This document shows, piece by piece, positions 16,657-26,487 of a DNA stretch of 64,000 bases. Position 1 is the first letter of the stretch, and the number at the start of each line of letters is the position of its first letter. Source of the stretch: Myxococcales bacterium (lineage in GTDB: Bacteria; Myxococcota_A; Polyangia; Polyangiales; Polyangiaceae); contig JAYTOU010000060.1 of assembly GCA_043747615.1 (NCBI GenBank), positions 141,630-205,629 on the forward strand, written 5' to 3'. The notes under the pieces were generated by a model that was not told the origin of the DNA, made no database searches, and was given only the letters and a program-made list of their open reading frames with translations. Position numbers and translations under genes: made by a program.

Positions 16657-18021
16657 CTAGCGAGATCCGATTCGGAAAAGAACGACCTTCACGGTGTCGA
16701 GGATGATCGAGAGATCGAAGAGCACCGAGTAGCTCTTGATGTAATAAAGATCGTATTGCAGCTTCTCGAGCATGTCCTCGGCAGACGCGCCGTAGCGGCA
16801 TCGAACCTGGGCGTGACCGGTGACGCCCGGCTTCACGTAGAGACGTTGCTTGAAGAATGGAACCTGCTGCTCGAGCTGCTCGATGAACACCGGGCGCTCA
16901 GGGCGGGGGCCGACCATGCTCATCTCGCCCTTGAGCACGTTCCATAGCTGCGGGAGCTCGTCGAGGCGCGTCTTTCGGATGAAGCGACCCACGCGCGTGA
17001 TCCGGTCGTCGTTCTCTTTTGCGAACTGCGCACCCCCCGCCTCGGCGTCGGTGCGCATTGAACGAAACTTCAGAATCGTGAAGAGAGCGCCGAACTCACC
17101 CGCGCGGACCTGCTTGTAGAGAAACGGACCCGGTGATTCGAGCTTCACGGCGAGCGCCGTGAGAAGCATGAGCGGAGCTGCGAGGACGATGCCTACCCCG
17201 GCCACGACCACGTCGAGAAGGCGCTTTAGACGGCGCGTCGTTCCGCGGGCGCTGAAGCCCTCGGCGAAAATGAGATGGCTCGGCTTGAGCTCGCGCACGA
17301 AGATTTTTCCGGTGGTGCGCTCGTAGAAGTTCACTCCCTCTTCGACCTCGACGCCGCGGAATTTGCACTCCAGAAGCTGATCGACGGGGAGCGTACCGCG
17401 GCGGTCCGGGTACGCGACGAGCACCAGTTCGATCTCCTGCCTGACGACGACTTCGTAGAGCTCGGAGTACATGCCGATGACGCGGTCTTCCAGGCTCACG
17501 CTCGCGCGGTCGCGCGCCAGCATCCCCACGAGCTCCAGGCCTTCGCGTCCGTCGTCGATGAGCTGAGCGATTTCTTTCGCGAGATCCCCGTTGCCGAGGA
17601 TCAGCGTTCGTTGCATGAAGCCGGCGTTCGAGGCGACGGAGTTGTAGATGAGACGCCACGTCGGAACGATCGTCGCCGTGAGCGCGAGAGCGGTGAGGAA
17701 AATCCCGCGGCCGACCTCCATCGATCGAAAAACGTAGAACGTGACCCAGAGGATGATGCTCCCCAGCGCGAGCGCCTGAAGCACACGACTAAAGACGGCG
17801 CGCGGACTCTGCACGGCGCGCAGATCGTACATTCCAGCGTAGTAGGAGGCGCCCTGGAGGATGAGCGCCACGAGGAGTGCTTTTTTTGCGATGTGCGGAT
17901 AGGTGAGGCCGCCGTGCGTGCCGAGACGTACGACTGCCGCCATCATGACGAGGATAGCGATGAGCGCGCCTTCGAATGCGAAGAGAAGAAGGCGCCTTGG
18001 CGATCGAAATAGTTCGAGCAT
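16657..18021 (-). CDS. Priming polyprenyl-phosphate sugar phosphotransferase (WcaJ/EpsZ/TIGR03013-like)
   Basis: Four N-terminal TMs, then KRLLD, KFRSM, DDRITRVGRFIRKTRLDELPQL, VGPRPER, KPGVTG and YDLYYI. Confidence 0.95.
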   Translation of the reverse strand: MLELFRSPRRLLLFAFEGALIAILVMMAAVVRLGTHGGLTYPHIAKKALLVALILQGASYYAGMYDLRAVQSPRAVFSRVLQALALGSIILWVTFYVFRSMEVGRGIFLTALALTATIVPTWRLIYNSVASNAGFMQRTLILGNGDLAKEIAQLIDDGREGLELVGMLARDRASVSLEDRVIGMYSELYEVVVRQEIELVLVAYPDRRGTLPVDQLLECKFRGVEVEEGVNFYERTTGKIFVRELKPSHLIFAEGFSARGTTRRLKRLLDVVVAGVGIVLAAPLMLLTALAVKLESPGPFLYKQVRAGEFGALFTILKFRSMRTDAEAGGAQFAKENDDRITRVGRFIRKTRLDELPQLWNVLKGEMSMVGPRPERPVFIEQLEQQVPFFKQRLYVKPGVTGHAQVRCRYGASAEDMLEKLQYDLYYIKSYSVLFDLSIILDTVKVVLFRIGSR

Positions 18022-18041
18022 GAGGCGGCGGTATTCGGTTT

Positions 18042-18653
18042 TTAGGGAACGATGACGGTATCGCCGGACTGCAAGGCGAGGTTCTGCTGAACGTCTCCCT
18101 TTTCGACGACGGCGGAGAAATCGAATGGAATTCTCCGCTCACCGCGCGAGTCCCGGCGGACGATGACGATCCGATCCGGATTGGCGAAGCGGGTGAAGCC
18201 TCCAGCGAGCGCCAGACCGTGGAGCACGGTGACCTCGGAGTTGGGCGTGAACTCACCCCCCTTGTTCACTTCGCCGACGACGTAGATGCGATAGGAGTGA
18301 ACCTCGCTCACCTGCACGTTGACCGGCGGTTGCTCCTGGAAAAACTGCTTCAAGCGGGCCTGAATGTCGGCCGTCACCTCGCTCACGGTGCGACCGTTCG
18401 CCGGGACGTCTCCGAGCAGCGGCATAGACACGGCGCCGTCGGGGCGCACCGTCACTTGCTGGCTCAGCTCGTCGTGCTTCCACACGCTGATTTTGAGCAC
18501 GTCCCCCGGACCGACTTTGTAGCCGAGCGCATTTTCCGCAGGCCAATTGTAGGTAGGGGACGAGCTACAGCCCGCGGCCGCTACGACAAGAAGGAACGCG
18601 AGGAACGTGCTCGTTCGCTCGAACCATCGCCACGAAACTTTAGCGCCAGACAT
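18042..18653 (-). CDS. Short OPX (Wza-family) polysaccharide export lipoprotein
   Basis: AAAGC lipobox, YKVGPGDVLKISVW, VRPDGAVSMPLLG and an SLBB domain ending LQSGDTVIVP. Only 203 aa with no C-terminal helix. Confidence 0.92.
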   Translation of the reverse strand: MSGAKVSWRWFERTSTFLAFLLVVAAAGCSSSPTYNWPAENALGYKVGPGDVLKISVWKHDELSQQVTVRPDGAVSMPLLGDVPANGRTVSEVTADIQARLKQFFQEQPPVNVQVSEVHSYRIYVVGEVNKGGEFTPNSEVTVLHGLALAGGFTRFANPDRIVIVRRDSRGERRIPFDFSAVVEKGDVQQNLALQSGDTVIVP

Positions 18654-18743
18654 AGTCTCTACCTATCACGCATCACCACGATTGAGCGCGTGCGTGACGT
18701 TCGATGCTCCGAGCGCGCAAGCCGTTGGCGGGTTCTCGCTCAA

Positions 18744-20255
18744 TTACGGAGGGAGGACTTCGACCCGCGCCGGAAGCCGCCCGGAAAACGCGCGAAGGTG
18801 CTCGGCGAGCGGGCCTTCTTGCCCTGGATCGACCGCGTAAAACGAGATCGTGTCCTTTGCGCAGACGCGATTTTCGCTGATTCTCCAGCGGGCAACGCGG
18901 TGCCAACCGCGGGGGATCGAGTCTGCGAACCACTCGTCGTAGACCACCGCCACCGCCGAATCCTGCGTGAGCTCCTCCACCTGCGCCCGGTCGAGCCCGC
19001 GATCGATCCGCATGCCCTTGGCGCGGGCAACGCGCATCGTCCCGAGTCCCATGAGATCCGTGAGGCGGACGTCGGTGAAATAAGCGACGGCGCCGATGTC
19101 GTTCACCGTCACCGCTCCGCTTGGGTAGTAGTCGCGGAGAAACGAGGCCGTCTGCACCTGCTGGTCGTGGATGTTGCCGCTCGCCAGGATGGTGGTCTTG
19201 ATGGCCCCGAGGCCGCGACCCACGATGGGAAGCGTGGCAAGCGCAAATCCGACAGCGAGCGGACGAAGCTCGTCGAGCCGCTCCCAGGAAGCGCTCCACA
19301 GCGCGAAGATTCCCAGAGCCATCGCGTACGCCTCGTAGCGGTACATCCAGCCGAGCTGCGCGAAGATCACGTGAAGCAGCGTGGTCACCGCTCCGAGAGC
19401 GAGCAAAACCTGCCTTTTTTCCCAGAGATCTGCGCGACGGGCGCGGACACCAATGGCGGCGGCGAGGAGCGCGAGAAGGACGAGTACGTGAGGATTCTCG
19501 ACGAGCTTGCGGTAGACGACGAGCGGCGCGGTCGAGAGCTGCACGTCCGCGCGCTTCAGGAGGACGGAGGTCGGAAAGAAGAAGCCACCGTGCGCGAGCG
19601 AAAAGGCTGCCTCGGCGAACATCGGCGCGCATCCCGCCGCCAGAGTCACGAGGGCGAGCGCCCACTTCCGGCGAACGGCAAGGAAGCCCACGACCGGCGC
19701 GAGGAGAAAGAGAGACTCGTAGCGGACGGAGACGGCCGCGGCCGCGAGGAGCACGAGAGGAATCGGCCTCGGCGAGTCACCGGAGACGGCGCGCGCGCCT
19801 TCCATCGCCAAGAGAAGGACGAGGAGCGCGTGAAGCGTGTGCTCCATGCCGACGAAGACGAGGGGCACGAGCGGAACGAAGAGCACGAGCGAGAGGCACG
19901 TGGCGAAAACGAGCCTCTTGCCCGCGCCGGCGTGGTGCATCGCGTTTCCCGCTACCGCCACGAGCGCCGACGCGCTGCCGACGTTCAAGGCGAGAGGAGC
20001 GAGCTCACCCGGCCCGAAGACGCGCCGGATCGCCGCGAGGAGAAGCGGCCACACGATCGACGACGACGCCGCGTTGAACTCGTAGGGCGTCACGCCGTAG
20101 ACGCCGTGGTCCGCGATATTTTTGGCGATGGCCAGGTGGATGTACGCGTCGTCCACCGCGTACGTGAAGGCGCCGTCAGTGCGGATGAGGCACGCCCAGT
20201 AGACCGCGCCAATGAGAGCCCAGAGCACACCCAGCGGTGCGAGAGCAACTCTCAT
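18744..20255 (-). CDS. Polytopic GT-C-fold glycosyltransferase-like membrane protein
   Basis: DDAYIH acidic motif after TM1, GME, many TMs and a C-terminal DIGAVAY...DLMGL domain. ATGA overlap with the upstream GT4. Confidence 0.75.
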   Translation of the reverse strand: MRVALAPLGVLWALIGAVYWACLIRTDGAFTYAVDDAYIHLAIAKNIADHGVYGVTPYEFNAASSSIVWPLLLAAIRRVFGPGELAPLALNVGSASALVAVAGNAMHHAGAGKRLVFATCLSLVLFVPLVPLVFVGMEHTLHALLVLLLAMEGARAVSGDSPRPIPLVLLAAAAVSVRYESLFLLAPVVGFLAVRRKWALALVTLAAGCAPMFAEAAFSLAHGGFFFPTSVLLKRADVQLSTAPLVVYRKLVENPHVLVLLALLAAAIGVRARRADLWEKRQVLLALGAVTTLLHVIFAQLGWMYRYEAYAMALGIFALWSASWERLDELRPLAVGFALATLPIVGRGLGAIKTTILASGNIHDQQVQTASFLRDYYPSGAVTVNDIGAVAYFTDVRLTDLMGLGTMRVARAKGMRIDRGLDRAQVEELTQDSAVAVVYDEWFADSIPRGWHRVARWRISENRVCAKDTISFYAVDPGQEGPLAEHLRAFSGRLPARVEVLPP

Positions 20256-21595
20256 CCGCGCGCAAGCGTCGAGGCCTCGCGCATCACCGCTGCGAATTCG
20301 CCGGCGAGCGCATTCCGCGCGTAGCGCTCGATGCCGATCGGAGCGGCTTCGTTCAAGGGCTTTCCAGCGCGAAACGCGCGCAGCTTTTGCTCTAGAAAAG
20401 AAGCTATTTTAGCTTCGTCGCGCGGCGCAAGGACGGTGCCGAGGGCGTGCGTCGAGATGAGACGCGTGAGCGCGCCAGGAGGAGAGAGGGTGAGGCATGG
20501 ACGACCGAGGTACATCAGCTCGAAAATCTTGGCGGGGTAGATGCGCTCCACGCCCGGCACGTCGTCGAGGAGACAGAGGACCATGTGGCTCGCCGATAGC
20601 TCGCGGAGAACTTGGGTGTGCTCGAGGTAGCCGAGCCTCTTCACGCCGAGCGCCTCCATGCCTTCGAAGGAATCGAGCTCCGTGTCGACGATGCGCCCCA
20701 TGAAGCGAACGTCGAGCAACTTGGCGAGCGCGGGCTCAGCGGCGTGCAGACGGCGAATCGCCCCGAGGAGCCCGCGCGCGCTCGTGAGCTTGAAAATGGT
20801 TCCGGCGTAGGCCAGGACGAACCTATCGGCGGGCGGATCCGGCAGTTTTTCCGGAAAATCATCGGCGTCGTAGCCGTTGGGGATGGAGTGCACGCGGCCC
20901 GGGTCGAGGAAGCGAAAGCGCGCCAGGAGGTTCTGTCGAAATTCTTCGGTGGCGGTGGTGACCGCGTGGGCGCAGCGCAAGAGCGCCGATTCCAGGGGAT
21001 CACCCACCAGCGACGCGAGGCGACCGCCCATCATCTCGTAGGTCGCGCGGTAGGTGCTCCACTCGTCGCGGTAATCGAGGACGACCGCCGTCTTTCCTTT
21101 TGCCCGGGCCAGCGGCGCAAGGAGAAACTGGGAAAAAGGGGGTCCGCTGACGAAGACGACGTCGGTGCCGCTGCCTAGAAAGAGCTCGAGAAAAAGCGCG
21201 GTCTGAGCCGCGGGCTGCCACAGGATCTGAGGATCGGGCACGAGGAGCTGCTTGGCGACACCGCTCGCCGCGTGGACCAATCCTTTGCCGAAGCGCGCCA
21301 GCCCGGTCGGCGCAGTTGCCGTTGAGCTCGCGCTCCAAGCCGCTTGTTTCATTGCGTAACCGGGCTCGAAGGTCCGCGCGCGCAGGACGCCGAGGCCCGG
21401 CGGAAAATCGCGCTCGAGAGATGGATCGAGCACCGGCACGGAGGGATTGCTCACGGTAAGGACGCGCGGCGTGACCCCGTGCGCGGGAAGATATTTCGTC
21501 AGCTTGAGGACCCGCTGCACACCTGCCCCGCCCACCGGGGGAAATCCATACGCGATGAGGAGCGCTTTCAATTGAGGCGCGGCGATGGAACGCAT
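20252..21595 (-). CDS. Glycosyltransferase family 4
   Basis: AYGFPPVGGAGVQR, SGPPFS, DYRDEW, IPNGYD and PAKIFE motifs. Confidence 0.9.
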   Translation of the reverse strand: MRSIAAPQLKALLIAYGFPPVGGAGVQRVLKLTKYLPAHGVTPRVLTVSNPSVPVLDPSLERDFPPGLGVLRARTFEPGYAMKQAAWSASSTATAPTGLARFGKGLVHAASGVAKQLLVPDPQILWQPAAQTALFLELFLGSGTDVVFVSGPPFSQFLLAPLARAKGKTAVVLDYRDEWSTYRATYEMMGGRLASLVGDPLESALLRCAHAVTTATEEFRQNLLARFRFLDPGRVHSIPNGYDADDFPEKLPDPPADRFVLAYAGTIFKLTSARGLLGAIRRLHAAEPALAKLLDVRFMGRIVDTELDSFEGMEALGVKRLGYLEHTQVLRELSASHMVLCLLDDVPGVERIYPAKIFELMYLGRPCLTLSPPGALTRLISTHALGTVLAPRDEAKIASFLEQKLRAFRAGKPLNEAAPIGIERYARNALAGEFAAVMREASTLARG

Positions 21596-21634
21596 CGCTT
21601 TTCGTTTACCATGCATCTAGGCAAGATGGCTCTC

Positions 21635-22711
21635 ATGACCGGCGACGTCCCTTTCCTCAGCATCGTGATGCCTTCGTTCAACGAGGAGGCGTACATCGAG
21701 ACCTGCATCCGCTCGATCTTCGCTCAAGATTATCCACGCGATCGCGTCGAAATCCTGGTGGCCGACGGCATGAGCACCGACCGGACGCGCGAAATTTTGC
21801 AGCGCCTCTCTGCCGAGGATCCGCGCGTGCGGGTAATCGACAACCCTCGCCGCATCCAAGCTCCTGGGATGAACGCGGCGATCGAAGCGTCGCGCGGGGA
21901 CGTGGTCGTACGCATGGACGTGCACGCGGAGTACGCCAGCGACTACCTGAAACAGTGCGTCCACGTCCTCGAAGAGACGAAGGCCGACAACGTCGGAGGA
22001 GCCCAAAGGGCGCGGGCGAGCACGTGGTTCCAAAAAGCGCTGTGCGCAGCGCTGGAGAGCCCGCTCGGCGTCGGCGGCGCAAAATACCGCTCGTCGGAGA
22101 GCGAAGGCTACGTCGACACCGTCTTCATGGGTGCGTTCCGCCGCAAGGTATTCGAGACGGTGGGGCTCTTCGATTCCAACGCCATCACCAACGAAGATGC
22201 CGAGCTCAATCAGCGCCTCCTCGCCTCGGGCGGCAAGGTGTACTTGAGCAAGAAGATCGTCGTTCATTACTTTCCGCGCGACTCGTTCGCCAAGCTCGCC
22301 AAGCAGTATTTCAAGTACGGAAGCGGCCGCGCACGAACGCTCCTGAAGCACGGAAAGTTCCTCTCGCCCCGCCCCGCGATTCCGTTCTTGATGGTCACGA
22401 GCGGAGCAGTGCTGCTCGTCACCTCACCGTTTCAGCCCTTCACCGGGCCGGCGTTCGGCCTCTATGCGCTCGCCACCGGAATCGAAGCGGTGCGCGTGGG
22501 GCGCAAGGCAGGCATCCTCGCGATCCCCATCGTTTGGGCTATTTTTCCGGTACTTCATGCGTCGCACGGCGTGGGCTTTGCCGCCGGCTTGCTGAGGTAC
22601 GTGCGCGCGCCAGACTGGTCGTCTAGCGAGGAGACGACGAGGCTCGCCGTCCGCGGCGCAACCAACGGCGCCCACACTTCGAGCGGAACTGCCCGCCTGC
22701 GAATGGCCTGA
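21635..22711 (+). CDS. Glycosyltransferase family 2 (succinoglycan ExoA-like)
   Basis: SIVMPSFNEE, DGMSTDRT, RMDVH, NEDAELN and QYFKYG motifs. Start ATG 21635 (or 21626). Confidence 0.92.
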   Translation: MTGDVPFLSIVMPSFNEEAYIETCIRSIFAQDYPRDRVEILVADGMSTDRTREILQRLSAEDPRVRVIDNPRRIQAPGMNAAIEASRGDVVVRMDVHAEYASDYLKQCVHVLEETKADNVGGAQRARASTWFQKALCAALESPLGVGGAKYRSSESEGYVDTVFMGAFRRKVFETVGLFDSNAITNEDAELNQRLLASGGKVYLSKKIVVHYFPRDSFAKLAKQYFKYGSGRARTLLKHGKFLSPRPAIPFLMVTSGAVLLVTSPFQPFTGPAFGLYALATGIEAVRVGRKAGILAIPIVWAIFPVLHASHGVGFAAGLLRYVRAPDWSSSEETTRLAVRGATNGAHTSSGTARLRMA

Positions 22712-22723
22712 CCGCACATTCCC

Positions 22724-24130
22724 ATGGGTTTTTTCGGCGCCGTCCTTCTCGTCTTCACGATCTTCGTCCGTCCGCAGGAGTTCGTGCCGTACCTCGCCGG
22801 CGTCGGCTTCATGAACATCGTGACGGCCATCGCCGTCCTCGGAATCCTCATCGAGTTCGGGATGGGAAAGACGAAGTCGGCGTGGTCACCGCAGCTTCCG
22901 TACCTCGCCGCGTTCGTCGGCTGGTGTTACCTCGTCACGATCATCAAGGCCGGGCGGGGCGCACTCTCTCACACGTACAGCACCGTCTTCATCTCCATGA
23001 TCTTCATGCTGGTCGTGATGTACGGCGCGCGGACTTTCCAGCGCTTCATGGGGATGGGTGCTCTGCTTCTGGCGATTGGATGTTTTCTCGCGACGATGGG
23101 CATCATGCAGTCCGAGTCCGAGTTCGAATGCATCGTCATCTCGGCCGCAGACATCGAGGCCGGAGACAAGGCCACCGGTGAGCGCACCGGCAAGCGCTGC
23201 GTGGTCAGCGCCCGCGAGTGCGACGAAGAAGCGCTCAAGGACGGAAGCCAGGTGCTCGAAAATGGAGACGAGTACGCCTGCGAGAGGCCGGGTCCGTTCG
23301 ATACATTTTCCGTCGCCCATGGGCGCGTGCGCTGGCGCGGGGTGCTCGCCGATCCCAACGAGCTTTCTCTGGCGATCGCCTCTTCGCTCGCGTTCGGCTT
23401 CGCGCTCTACAATTACGCCAAGAGCAAATGGCGCAACGTCGTCTTCGCCGTGGCGCTCGGCCTCGCCAGTTACTGCATCGTCCAAACTCAATCACGCGGC
23501 GGCGTTCTCGTCTTGATGATGGTCTTCGCGGTGTACTTCGTGCGGCGTTACGGGTGGAAGGGGCTCGTCGCCGGTGCCGTCCTCGGCTCACCGGTGCTGC
23601 TCCTCGGTGGGCGCGAGGGAGAAGAAGCTGAGTCGTCGACGCTCGAGCGCATGGGCGCGCTCTACGAGGGGGTGAACTTCGTTCGCGAGACGCCGATCTT
23701 CGGCCTCGGACAAGGCCAGTTCGGCGAGCACTATTTCATCACCGCGCATAACTCGTATTTGCTTGCGGCGGCCGAGCTCGGTCTACCCGGCATGGTCCTG
23801 TGGTCGCTCCTCGTCTACGTCTCGATGAAGATCGCGTACACCGCGGCCTGGGGCGATCAGCCAATCGATCCGCGTATTCGCCCCTTCGCGATGGCGCTCT
23901 TCGTTGCGTTCTGCGGAATCATGGTGGGGATCATGTTCCTCTCGTTCTGCTACCACGCGCTGCTCTTCGTTTACTTTGGTCTCGCCGGCGCGCTCTACGG
24001 TGCGGTGAAGCAGACCTGTCCAGGCTTCAAGGTGAAGCTCACCGGCTATGACTACGGCGCGGTCATCGGTGCCGACGCGTTGATCATCTCGTTCCTCTTC
24101 GTCTACACGCGCATCAAAGGTGCACCATGA
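22724..24130 (+). CDS. Wzy polymerase / O-antigen ligase family membrane protein
   Basis: About 12 TMs, G..ADPNEL, TQSRGG, PIFGLG and TAHNSY..AAAELG.PG. One Cys-containing extracytoplasmic loop. Confidence 0.85.
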   Translation: MGFFGAVLLVFTIFVRPQEFVPYLAGVGFMNIVTAIAVLGILIEFGMGKTKSAWSPQLPYLAAFVGWCYLVTIIKAGRGALSHTYSTVFISMIFMLVVMYGARTFQRFMGMGALLLAIGCFLATMGIMQSESEFECIVISAADIEAGDKATGERTGKRCVVSARECDEEALKDGSQVLENGDEYACERPGPFDTFSVAHGRVRWRGVLADPNELSLAIASSLAFGFALYNYAKSKWRNVVFAVALGLASYCIVQTQSRGGVLVLMMVFAVYFVRRYGWKGLVAGAVLGSPVLLLGGREGEEAESSTLERMGALYEGVNFVRETPIFGLGQGQFGEHYFITAHNSYLLAAAELGLPGMVLWSLLVYVSMKIAYTAAWGDQPIDPRIRPFAMALFVAFCGIMVGIMFLSFCYHALLFVYFGLAGALYGAVKQTCPGFKVKLTGYDYGAVIGADALIISFLFVYTRIKGAP

Positions 24131-26391
24131 CCTCTATTTGCTGGGCTTCGTTTTCCATCGTCTCGACGACGCTCCTCGTCAGTGCGTGCACCTCGTGCCA
24201 TCGCGAAGAGTGGCCCGGAATCAACGGGACCGCGGCGCCGGTGGCCACCCAGTCATTTCCGGCGGGCTCCGTGGTGCCAGGTGCCGGATCGGTCGAGCCG
24301 CTCACTGCACTCCCCGCTGGACGCTCGCGCATTCTCCTCTCCGACGAGCGCATGCAAACGATGAAGGCGCTCGCCAAGGGCAACCATCCGACGTGGGGCA
24401 AGGTCGTCAGGCGCTGCAAGGAGGGCAGCGACGCATCGATCGACAGCGGCTACGAAGGCTGGGACTGGGCCGAGGTGATGCTCGCCTGCGCTCTTCTCTA
24501 CAAGACGACAGGCAACGACGGTAACGCGAAGACCGCGCTCAAATATTTCAATGCACTGATGGACGATCGGCTGAAGGTCGGCGACGGCAAGGGCGGCGAC
24601 GAGATCGTGCGTCACGACAGTGGGTACCCGATCCGCACCTACGGATTTCTCGGCGCCATCGGCTACGACTGGCTCCGCGACGCGCCCGGCATGTCGATCG
24701 AGCTGAAAAAAAAGGCGATCGGTCGCTTCGTGTCCTGGACGTCGTGGTTCAAGGAGAAGGGCTACCATCACGATTTCGCGATCTCGAACTACTACGCGGG
24801 CTACTTCGGAACGATCGCCATGGCGGGCATCGCCGGCGAAGGAGATGACCCTCGCGCGACCGATCTTCGCAAGCGCGCCCACGAAATGTTCCTCAAGGAG
24901 ATCGTCCCCGAGTTCAAGAAGATCCATGGAGGGCAATGGCCCGAGGGTTGGCAGTACGGCGGGTTGGTCGTGAACGTGCTCTCGATTTACGCAGACGCCG
25001 AGACGCGCACGAACCCGAACAAGCCGCTCTTAGAGGAGCTCCCCTGGTTGAAAGAGATGGTCGCCTATCGCAACCACGCTCTGCTTCCCGACGCGAAGCA
25101 TCTCTACGACAACGGCGACTGGAGCGTGAAGCCCGCGCTCGCGACTCCCGCCGAAATGTTCGGTGCCATCGTCGCTCTGAAGTCCAGCGATCCGCTCTCC
25201 AAGAATGCGCGCGGTCTCGCCAAGCTTGCGAAGGTCGGAAAAGAAAACGACGTTGCGATGGCCTGGCTCGAGGCGCTGGCCGAAGATCCCTCGCAAGAGT
25301 CGATCGATCCGCGAAAAGGCGAAACGAGCTATTTTGCGCGCGGAACTGGCGAAGTCTTCGGGCGCACCGACTGGTCGACGAACGCCACGTGGGTGTCGCT
25401 CCAGTCCGGTCCGGTGTTCTCGGATCATCAACACGCCGATCAAGGGCACTTCGAGGTCGTGCGCGGAGCCGACGCGCTCATCGTCGATCCCGGCGCCTAC
25501 GGAGCGTTCTCCACCGCGAGCCACAACACGATCCTCGTCGACGACAACGGCGACGCGATGAACTACCCACCGAACCAGAGTCCCATCGCTCTCCAGGCAA
25601 AAATTGCCCGCTTCGAAGACAAGGGGCCCTTCGTCTACGCCCTCGCCGATTTCGGATCGGCGTACACGCCGATGCACTACGAGGAAGACAAAAAAAAATC
25701 GGTGAACCGCGCCGAGCGTGAGCTCGTGTTCTCGCGATCGCCCGTCGGCGCAGCGGCTAATTCGGCGAGGGTCGTGATCTACGATCGGATAACTGTGACC
25801 AAGGGCGCGTACGCCGTGACGTGGGCTGCGCATTCGTGGGCGGAAGCCAAGTTGCAAGGACCCGCCGTGCGCGTTTCAGCGGGTAAATCTGCGGCAACGG
25901 TGACGACCCTCATCCCGATCGGTCAGTCGCCGACGCTCGTGAGTGAGCCGCACTCGAAGAGCACGGACGCTTGGTACAACAACGAGGTCGCCGACGGGAT
26001 GAAGTCGATCCGCATCGAGGTCGCGTCACCGAAGGGTGAAACGGAAAGACGCTTTCTCCACGCCATCGTGGTCGGCGCGGCGGCAGACAAGGCCGTCGTT
26101 CCCACGCTCATCGCCGGCACGGGGGTCGACGGCGCAGCTATCGACGACGAGGCGTACGTGTTCACCAGCGGAAAACCGCACACGGAAGTCGTCGCTGTTT
26201 CCTACAAGGTGCCCGCCCTTGCGATCCGTCACCTGATCGTCGGCCTCGCTCCTAGCGGGAAATACGCAGTGTCCGTCACCAAAGAAGGAGGCACGGACTG
26301 CAACGTTTCGCTCGCGCCCGGCGGCCCTGTCAGCGCAAGCGCAGCGGGAACGCTAGCCATCGACACCCATGCATGCGCGCTCGATAAGTGA
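24127..26391 (+). CDS. Heparinase II/III-like (alpha/alpha toroid + beta-sandwich) lipoprotein, putative polysaccharide lyase or epimerase
   Basis: LVSAC lipobox, AIGYDW, SNYY, GGQWPEGWQYG, RTDWS, DHQHADQGHF, IVDPG.Y and HNTILVD motifs. Confidence 0.75.
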   Translation: MTSICWASFSIVSTTLLVSACTSCHREEWPGINGTAAPVATQSFPAGSVVPGAGSVEPLTALPAGRSRILLSDERMQTMKALAKGNHPTWGKVVRRCKEGSDASIDSGYEGWDWAEVMLACALLYKTTGNDGNAKTALKYFNALMDDRLKVGDGKGGDEIVRHDSGYPIRTYGFLGAIGYDWLRDAPGMSIELKKKAIGRFVSWTSWFKEKGYHHDFAISNYYAGYFGTIAMAGIAGEGDDPRATDLRKRAHEMFLKEIVPEFKKIHGGQWPEGWQYGGLVVNVLSIYADAETRTNPNKPLLEELPWLKEMVAYRNHALLPDAKHLYDNGDWSVKPALATPAEMFGAIVALKSSDPLSKNARGLAKLAKVGKENDVAMAWLEALAEDPSQESIDPRKGETSYFARGTGEVFGRTDWSTNATWVSLQSGPVFSDHQHADQGHFEVVRGADALIVDPGAYGAFSTASHNTILVDDNGDAMNYPPNQSPIALQAKIARFEDKGPFVYALADFGSAYTPMHYEEDKKKSVNRAERELVFSRSPVGAAANSARVVIYDRITVTKGAYAVTWAAHSWAEAKLQGPAVRVSAGKSAATVTTLIPIGQSPTLVSEPHSKSTDAWYNNEVADGMKSIRIEVASPKGETERRFLHAIVVGAAADKAVVPTLIAGTGVDGAAIDDEAYVFTSGKPHTEVVAVSYKVPALAIRHLIVGLAPSGKYAVSVTKEGGTDCNVSLAPGGPVSASAAGTLAIDTHACALDK

Positions 26392-26487
26392 GCTAGAGTT
26401 AGGGCGGAAGGCGCCGAGTGAAACTCCCGAGCGCGCTGGAACCATCGCTCACCGCGCGGGCGAAGAAGGCTAAAAAAAAGTCACCCG

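Noticed and set aside
16657..18021. PEP-CTERM/exosortase system implied by the TIGR03013-like transferase
   Set aside because: No exosortase or PEP-CTERM protein is in the window; only a MYXO-CTERM protease was seen.
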